From Verrucomicrobiota bacterium (GTDB taxonomy: Bacteria > Verrucomicrobiota > Verrucomicrobiia > Limisphaerales > CANJSG01), in contig JBBQXJ010000007.1 of NCBI GenBank assembly GCA_038209745.1, positions 1 through 64,000 of the forward strand: a stretch of 64,000 nucleotides of DNA, in the 5' to 3' direction. Positions within the stretch are counted from its first letter, which is position 1. Each line of letters begins with the position of its first letter. The translations under genes were made by a program, and so were the position numbers. The notes under the pieces were generated by a model that worked only from the letters and a program-made list of their open reading frames with translations, searched no databases and was not told the DNA's origin. Below are positions 57,277 through 64,000 of the stretch, piece after piece.

Positions 57277-58180
57277 GCAGATGTAGCCGAATCCGACGAT
57301 TCAGACCAAGAGGAACGTGGCGGGCGGCAAGCTGACGGGCAGCCAAGGCAGCTGGCCAACCCGCGTTCACCGCACCCGAATCCGGGCACGAGAGCGGCAC
57401 GGAGAAGCAGGAAGCCTGATGGCACCAAGGCCACCAAACACGGCCACGGGCAGCCACCAGCGCCTGGGTTCCGTCGGATTAGGGGTGTTGGAAGCGACAA
57501 CCTTGGTAGCAGGTTCGCCTCCTTTTGGGCCCAAAGAAACACGGATTCCGGGGATAGCTGTGGCTTGCAAAAACGGGCGGTCTTCAGGATGGGATCGATG
57601 CCAGTCGTCATTGGTCTTGCTCAAAAAAGCCTCCGCCGTTTCGATGATGTCGCTGCGGATCGCTGAGAGCATTGGTTCAGGAAGTGGAATCTCTCCGCCT
57701 GCTTCTGCGAACACCCACTGCACCTTGGCTTCCGGCAGAAAAAGGCCATCCGCACCAGTCTGAGCCGCCACGACACAGATCTCTCCAAGCTGGCTTCTCC
57801 TAGATCAATCGGCTGGGCGGAGATCATCAGGATGCGGTATCGGGCTCCACCCGGAAGAGCCGAAATCAAAGGCGCCTTCACTCCATCCGACAGGAATACA
57901 TATTTCCAGAAAGATGAATTTGGGAATCTCGTGGAGCGGTTTCTACAACCATGGAGCCAGGCCTGAATGGGAGAAGAAGCCGAGGCGGTCGTGGGGCGAG
58001 ATGGAGGCGAAGGCGGTGTCGCCGTCCGGGAGGAGTTCGTCGGCGGTGCGCAAATCATCCTAGACTTCCCGGCAGAGCAAACCAACGTCTTCATCCGGGC
58101 CAGCAAGATCCCGTGAAACCGTTCCGCGTCACCCCAAAACCTCCACTTGGACTGCGGCGCGGCCTCGCTATGGTCCGCGC

Positions 58181-60733
58181 GTGCAGCCGCCCGGTGAATC
58201 CATCGAAAAGTCCCTCCCGCCCCAACGCGTCCCCGTGCCCGATGTCTGGCAGGAGCAGGCGGTCAGCGCCCTGCGCGCCGGCAAGGACGTCGTCGTCCAC
58301 GCCCCCACCGGCGCCGGCAAGACCCTGATCTTCGAGCTGTGGTCGGACCAGGGCCGGAACCAGGGCCAGGCCATCTACACCGTCCCCACCCGCGCCCTCG
58401 CCAACGACAAGCTGGCCGAGTGGCGCAGCCGGGGCTGGGACGTCGGCATCGCCACCGGCGACCTCTCGGACAATCTCGAAGCACCGGTCGTCATCGCCAC
58501 CCTGGAGACGCAGAAGAACCGCCTCATCCGCGGCGACGGCCCTAGTCTGCTGATCATCGACGAATACCAGATGCTGGGCGATCCGGACCGGGGCTTGAAC
58601 TACGAGCTGGCCATCGCCATGGCCCCGGCCAAGACGCAGCTCCTGCTCCTCAGCGGCAGCGTCGAGAATCCGCACCACATCGTGAAGTGGCTCACCCGCC
58701 TCGGCCGCAAGGCGGTCATCGTCCGCCATGAGGAGCGCCCGGTGCCGCTGGCGGAAGCCGATCTCAAGGACATCGACCTCAACCTCCCGTCCGAGATCCG
58801 CGGCATCTGGCCGCGAAACATCGCCAAGGCCTTGGCCAGCGGATTGGGACCGGTGCTGCTCTTCGCGCCCCAACGAAAAGCCACGGAGATGCTGGCCGCC
58901 GAATTGACGCGGTTCCTGCCGAATCCGAACCCGCTCATCCTGACTCCGGAACAGAAGGCCGCCGTCGGTGAAAACCTCGCCCGGATGCTGCGGTCGCGGA
59001 TCACCTACCACCACAGCGGGCTGAGCTACGCCGCCCGCGCCGGCGTCATCGAGCCCCTGGCCAAAGCCGGCCAGCTCCGCGTCGTCGTCGCAACCATGGG
59101 CCTGGCCGCCGGGATCAACTTCTCGCTGCGCAGCGTCGCCCTCGCGGCCGCCACGTATCGCCGCGACAACGTCGAGCATCCCATCAAGCCGGACGAGATT
59201 CTCCAGATGTTCGGCCGGGCGGGCCGGCGCGGCCTCGACAAATCGGGCTTCGTCCTGGTCACCGAAAACAACATCCGCCTGCAGGACGGACGGCCGGCTT
59301 GGCTCTCCCGCAGCGGCATGGTGGACTGGAACGCCCTTCTCGGAATCATGCACGCGGCGGCGGCCCAGAACCGTTTGCCGTTCCTCGCGGCGGTGGAGGT
59401 GCAGGAGCGGCTCTTCACCACCAAACCGATCGTCCTCGGGGTGGAAGAATCCCTGAAGCACCCGAACACCCCCTGCGGTCTCGAGACCGACGCCGAACGG
59501 GCCCGCCACGTCCGCCGGCGCGAGAAGGAGCTGCTCAACAGCCAGGGCGAATGGGAACGGATGGGCCAGCTCGTGGAAGTGCCCTTGAAGGAGATCAAGG
59601 CGATCCGGGATCCCAAATCTCGGAAGCGGGATGCCGACGCTCCGGAGGAGGCGATCCAATCGGAAGCAGCCGATCGGACCACGGGCATCCAGCTCGTGCC
59701 CGCGCTCTCCGTCCCAGGCGCTTTGGACCGGATCGGCCAAGGCCAATTGGTCCGGGTCGGCGAGACGGATGGACACAGGATCTACGGCCGCTCCAGCGTC
59801 GTGGCGGACCGGCTCAATGACGGCCAAGTCATCATGGCCAAGTGGGTCCAAAGCGCCGTCGGTTGGAACGGTCGCCAGGCCACGCTCGAGCAATGGAACG
59901 AGAAGATCGTCCGGTCGCTCGCCGAATACCTCGCCCATCAGGGCACTCCGCTCGTCGAAGTGGTCGAAGACGGCCTGCGGCTCCTCGCCCTCACCAGTCT
60001 CGCCGAGCATAAGTTGCGGGTGCCGGTGGACCGCCACGGCGTCGCCCTCCATCGTCCGAAGACGCGCGACGTCATGCCGACGGACTGCGGCGCCTGCCCT
60101 CTCGTGGAGACCTGCCGCAAACTCCCCTCCGCCATCGGCGCCGCGCTGCTCTGGCGCAGGATGGGCCTGGTGGATGCCAAGGGCGTGCCGACATTGCGTG
60201 GACGCGTGGTCAGCTTCTTCCATCAAGGCGACGGTCTGGCGGCGGCGTCCGCGCTGGAGGACGAACACTACCCGCTCGGCGAATTGATCTACGATCTGGC
60301 GAATCTCAACGCCGGGTTCCGCTTCTGCGGCGGCAAGGAAGCGCGCTTCGAAGGGCGTCTAGCCCGGTCCTGCCAACGCTTGTTCGGCAACCAGAACATA
60401 CCCGGCTATCTGGAGAACGGCCTGCCGCCCGGCTACGGCTTCGGCGCCCAGGACGTGGTCAAGGGCGTCCACGGCAACCCCGTGAGCAAACAACGGTGGA
60501 TCACCCCGTGGACCGGACCCGGCGACATCGACCGCGTCATCATCGAATGGCGCAGCCTGATGCGGCAGATCACGAATTCACCGAATCTCGAATGGTCCCG
60601 CTGGACCGGGCTCAAAGCCTTGGCCAAGACGATCCTCAACGAGACCGAATCCCCTTCGCTCGTCGACCTGCCGCCGCTGGAGTCCCATCAAACCGAACGG
60701 GTGGACCACAAGCTGCATTTGCGCCACCGCTGA
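58181..60733 (+). CDS. Ski2/HelY-like superfamily 2 DExH helicase
   Basis: APTGAGKT, PTRALANDK, IIDEYQ, LSGS, HHSGL, QMFGRAGRRG. Confidence 0.9.
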   Translation: MQPPGESIEKSLPPQRVPVPDVWQEQAVSALRAGKDVVVHAPTGAGKTLIFELWSDQGRNQGQAIYTVPTRALANDKLAEWRSRGWDVGIATGDLSDNLEAPVVIATLETQKNRLIRGDGPSLLIIDEYQMLGDPDRGLNYELAIAMAPAKTQLLLLSGSVENPHHIVKWLTRLGRKAVIVRHEERPVPLAEADLKDIDLNLPSEIRGIWPRNIAKALASGLGPVLLFAPQRKATEMLAAELTRFLPNPNPLILTPEQKAAVGENLARMLRSRITYHHSGLSYAARAGVIEPLAKAGQLRVVVATMGLAAGINFSLRSVALAAATYRRDNVEHPIKPDEILQMFGRAGRRGLDKSGFVLVTENNIRLQDGRPAWLSRSGMVDWNALLGIMHAAAAQNRLPFLAAVEVQERLFTTKPIVLGVEESLKHPNTPCGLETDAERARHVRRREKELLNSQGEWERMGQLVEVPLKEIKAIRDPKSRKRDADAPEEAIQSEAADRTTGIQLVPALSVPGALDRIGQGQLVRVGETDGHRIYGRSSVVADRLNDGQVIMAKWVQSAVGWNGRQATLEQWNEKIVRSLAEYLAHQGTPLVEVVEDGLRLLALTSLAEHKLRVPVDRHGVALHRPKTRDVMPTDCGACPLVETCRKLPSAIGAALLWRRMGLVDAKGVPTLRGRVVSFFHQGDGLAAASALEDEHYPLGELIYDLANLNAGFRFCGGKEARFEGRLARSCQRLFGNQNIPGYLENGLPPGYGFGAQDVVKGVHGNPVSKQRWITPWTGPGDIDRVIIEWRSLMRQITNSPNLEWSRWTGLKALAKTILNETESPSLVDLPPLESHQTERVDHKLHLRHR

Positions 60734-60958
60734 TTCCTGGAAGGACCGCGCAAGAACGGGACGCGTGTCGCTCGCGGCGGCCGGAGCTCTCCAGCCGGGA
60801 GCACGGCATCGTCGCCGCTCCGCCGCTGGTTGATCGCAAGGCCTTGTCCCGACACGGCGCCGAGCACGGGGACGGCGCCGTTCGTTTTCTGCGCTGGTGG
60901 CCCGCCAAAAAACTTTCCTTCCCGCCGTCGTCCCGGACCCGGCATCTTCGCTCCGCGC

Positions 60959-62086
60959 ATGATCGGCCTCGCCCAACTGCTCCAGGACTTGATCGCTCTT
61001 CCGAGCGTCAACCCGGCCTTCGTCGAACCCGGCAACGTCTTCGCCGGTGAACAACGCGTCGCCGCGCATCTCCTCGATCTCGCCCGCCGCGCCGGCCTCG
61101 ACGCCGAACTGCAAGCCGTCCGCGATGGCCGGGCCAACCTGCTCGTCCGCTTGGCGCCTGCCGGCAAAGTCTCCCGCCGCATCGTGCTTGCACCGCATCT
61201 CGACACGATCGTCGCCGACGCCGCCCAGCTTCAGCCCCGACTGGTGAAGGGCCGCATCCACGGGCGCGGCGCCTGCGACACCAAGGGCTCCGTCACGGCG
61301 ATGTTCGCCGCGGTGCTGGATCTCGCCGCCTCCGGCCATCGCCCGCAGGAAACGGAGATCGTCTTCGCCGGCGTGATCGACGAGGAGAACAACCAGCTCG
61401 GTTCCCGCGCCCTCGTGAAGTCCGGCTTCAAGGCCGATCTCGCCATCGTCGGCGAACCGACCCGGTGCGACGTGGTCAGCGCCCACAAGGGCAACATCTG
61501 GCTGAGCTTCGAGACCAAGGGCCGCGCCGCCCACGGCTCCACCCCGCACCTCGGCCGGAACGCCATTCTCGAAATGGCCCGCGTCGTCGAACTGCTGGAG
61601 ACGCGCTACGCCAAACAGCTTTCCAAGCGGAAACATCCCCTGCTCGGCAGCCCGAGCATCAGCGTCGGCGTGATCCACGGCGGCCAACAGCCGAACATCG
61701 TCCCCGACCACTGTGTGATGCGCGCCGATCGGCGGCTGCTGCCCGGAGAAAACCCGACCGCGATCCGGAAGGAGCTGCTGGCCCTGCTCAAGAAGGACGG
61801 GCTCACCGCGACCATCGGCGATGCCAAAGGCGTCGACTGTCTCGCCACCGAGACCGATCCCGATCGGCCGCTCGTGCAGGCTTTCCTCAAGAGCGCCGGC
61901 CGCAAGACCGCCGTCGGGGCAAACTACTTCTGCGACGCCGCCGTGTTCGGCCACAGTGGAACCCCGGCCATCGTCTTCGGCCCGGGCGACATCGCCCAGG
62001 CCCACACGGCCGACGAATGGATCGCGGTCCGGCAACTGGAGCGCGCCCACGCGGTGCTCTTGAAGTTCCTCCGCCATTTGCCGTGA
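60959..62086 (+). CDS. M20 metallopeptidase (ArgE/DapE family)
   Basis: HLDT, GRGACDTKG, DEE, GEPT, AHTADE. Confidence 0.92.
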   Translation: MIGLAQLLQDLIALPSVNPAFVEPGNVFAGEQRVAAHLLDLARRAGLDAELQAVRDGRANLLVRLAPAGKVSRRIVLAPHLDTIVADAAQLQPRLVKGRIHGRGACDTKGSVTAMFAAVLDLAASGHRPQETEIVFAGVIDEENNQLGSRALVKSGFKADLAIVGEPTRCDVVSAHKGNIWLSFETKGRAAHGSTPHLGRNAILEMARVVELLETRYAKQLSKRKHPLLGSPSISVGVIHGGQQPNIVPDHCVMRADRRLLPGENPTAIRKELLALLKKDGLTATIGDAKGVDCLATETDPDRPLVQAFLKSAGRKTAVGANYFCDAAVFGHSGTPAIVFGPGDIAQAHTADEWIAVRQLERAHAVLLKFLRHLP

Positions 62087-63330
62087 TCCGCTCGGCCTTC
62101 TTCCGTCAGAGCGCATGGCTCCTGTTCGCCTCGCTGGCCGGCGGCGGCCTGTTGGCGCTCGTGCACCGGATCGCCGGCCGGATGGACACCGGTGGAGAAT
62201 ACGGGCTCTTCACCACCGTCCTGAACTCGATGCAGGCCCTGACCTTTCCCTCGCTCGGATTGGCGGCGGTCTTCACCCAGATGACCGCTCTGGCCGCGAC
62301 GGACGAAGCCCGGCGCGACGTGGCCGCAGCGGCGAAGCGCGCGGCGGGCGGGATGGTCGCCTACTGGCTGCTGATCTGTGTCCTGGTCTTCGCCGGCCAC
62401 GGCTGGCTGATGGAGAAGTTCAAGATGACCAGCAGTCTCCCGCTCCTCTGGCTCGCTCCGACTCTTCTCATCACCCTCATCAACCCGATCGCTCTCGGCA
62501 TCGTTCAAGGACGACAAGATTTCGCGTGGGTCGGACTCAGCTCCATCTTCGGCGGAGCCGGCCGGCTGACCATCACTTGGATGGCCGTGGCATTGCTCGG
62601 GGCGAGCGCCGGTTGGGCGATCTGCGGGGTCTTCTTCGGCTTGATCGCCGGGTTCATCCCGCTGCTGCTGGCGAGCCGGCCGATCTGGCAATTGCGCGGC
62701 GGAGACTTCCATGTTCTGCGCTGGCTGCGTGATGCCGGGCCGCTCACGGGCGGGTTGGCCGCGTCCGCCTTCCTTTTCTCCCTCGACCAATGGGCGGCCC
62801 GAGAATTCCTGTCGCTGGACGGCAATGACCTCTATGGCGCCGCCGGGACCGTCGGGCGCGTCGTCATGTGGGTCTCGGCTCCCCTCGTCATGGTGATGTT
62901 CCCGAAAGTGGCCCGCTCGGCATCGGCCAAGGAAGACCGGACAATCGTCTTCCAAGCCTTGGGGGCCACTTTGGTCGTGGCCGCTTTGGCAGCTCTGGCC
63001 TGCACCCTGTTTCCCTCCGTGCCGCTGTTGGCGCTTCAGGGGAAGAAGCTCGCCGGAGCGGCCTCGCCGCTCGTGCCGGTCTATGTGTGGTGTCTGGTGC
63101 CCTTGACCCTGACGAACGTCCTTCTGAACAACCTTCTCGCCCGCCGCCGCTACCGGGTCGTCGTGCCCTTGCTGTTGGTGGTGGGCGGCTACTGGTTGGC
63201 GCTCAGACGGTTCAATTCTTCCCCCAAGGAAATCATCCTGACCATGGGCGCCGCTTCCGTGGTCTCCCTCATCGTTTGCATCGCCGCCACCTGGCTCGGA
63301 ACCGGACGACCCGCGAAGACCCCGAACTAG
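62083..63330 (+). CDS. Polysaccharide flippase-like (Wzx/MOP) membrane protein
   Basis: About 12 TMs, EYGLF, VMFPKVA; GTG start overlaps the upstream TGA. Confidence 0.75.
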   Translation: MIRSAFFRQSAWLLFASLAGGGLLALVHRIAGRMDTGGEYGLFTTVLNSMQALTFPSLGLAAVFTQMTALAATDEARRDVAAAAKRAAGGMVAYWLLICVLVFAGHGWLMEKFKMTSSLPLLWLAPTLLITLINPIALGIVQGRQDFAWVGLSSIFGGAGRLTITWMAVALLGASAGWAICGVFFGLIAGFIPLLLASRPIWQLRGGDFHVLRWLRDAGPLTGGLAASAFLFSLDQWAAREFLSLDGNDLYGAAGTVGRVVMWVSAPLVMVMFPKVARSASAKEDRTIVFQALGATLVVAALAALACTLFPSVPLLALQGKKLAGAASPLVPVYVWCLVPLTLTNVLLNNLLARRRYRVVVPLLLVVGGYWLALRRFNSSPKEIILTMGAASVVSLIVCIAATWLGTGRPAKTPN

Positions 63331-63504
63331 GCAGCCCCCATACCCCATCCGGGTGGCTGGCCAAACACGGACGTCCTCGGGAAGGCTCCCCTCCACAACT
63401 CAACGAAAGCACCTAAGTTTGGCGTGCTTTTCACCGACCAGCGTAGACACTCATAGTCATCAGCTGCTCACCCAACGGCCCGCCTCACGCCGTGCAGCAC
63501 CCAT

Positions 63505-64000
63505 ATGAAACTCTCCGACACCGTCGTCATCCACGAACCGCCCCAACGGGTGTGGAAGGCCATCACCGATCCCTCCAGTTGGCCCGACTGGAATCCCAAG
63601 GTGGTCCGCGTCGTTCGCACCAGCACTCGTCCGCTGGAGGTCGGAGAAACCTTCACGGCGGACTTCAAGTTGAGCGGCCCGCCCATGCCATCCCAGCTAA
63701 AGGTCCGGGTGCTGAACCCGCTTCGCCAACTGACCGTGAAGCAGCGCCCGGAAGGGCGACACCGTTCCCGGTCGGTGAAGATCGACTTCGAGATCGAAAT
63801 GGAAGGGACCGCGACCCGCGTCACCCAGACGACCGACATAACAGAAGCCGGCCTGCCTTTTTGGACCCGGACCGTGATGTGGATCGTGACCCGCTTCGGC
63901 AAGGCGGCCGGCCCGTCGCCGCTGGACGGACTCAAGAAGCACCTCGAATCCACCTCCTCCAAAACGCCTTCAACCATAGCCAGTGCCGCCGAAGGATCCC
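63505..64000 (+). CDS. SRPBCC/polyketide-cyclase family protein (runs off the window)
   Basis: Manual translation MKLSDTVVIHEPPQRVWKAITDPSSWPDWNP..LDGLKKHLES. Confidence 0.82.
   Translation, partial: MKLSDTVVIHEPPQRVWKAITDPSSWPDWNPKVVRVVRTSTRPLEVGETFTADFKLSGPPMPSQLKVRVLNPLRQLTVKQRPEGRHRSRSVKIDFEIEMEGTATRVTQTTDITEAGLPFWTRTVMWIVTRFGKAAGPSPLDGLKKHLESTSSKTPSTIASAAEGS

Noticed and set aside
61465..63330. 621-aa ORF as an N-terminally extended flippase
   Set aside because: The first ~200 aa overlap the M20 gene out of frame and are Arg/Pro-rich; GTG at 62083 is the plausible start

Overview
GC-rich bacterial chromosomal window that looks mostly like core genome. Gene content suggests Verrucomicrobiota, probably subdivision 3 (inference from the H-X9-DG prepilin-like proteins, PQQ-like beta-propellers, a LamG protein with a C-terminal FFRV-type tail, and an rpsP-khpA-trmD-rplS operon without rimM). 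It contains about 60 CDS: a GH10 xylanase, cheA-cheW, ribosomal and translation genes, MlaEFD, mqnE, aqpZ, PPi-PFK, ahbAB, a PAS/GAF hybrid kinase, a Ski2-like helicase and others. It also has tRNA-Lys(CTT), a SAM-I riboswitch, REP-like repeats and several gene remnants. No CRISPR array, integrase, transposase or prophage was seen. Best candidate system: a SAM-I-riboswitch-controlled ThrC-like PLP enzyme followed by two ubiquitin-like sulfur carriers and a stand-alone NIL protein, which is probably a sulfur-carrier route to homocysteine/methionine. Also notable: an EhpF-like adenylating enzyme behind two secreted PQQ-like propellers, sigma28-like promoters in front of both cheAW and the hybrid kinase, a caspase-like segment in frame behind the kinase amber stop, window-wide leaderless promoter architecture, and a 32-aa membrane ORF missing from the ORF track. 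All calls come from reading motifs by eye; no searches were run.
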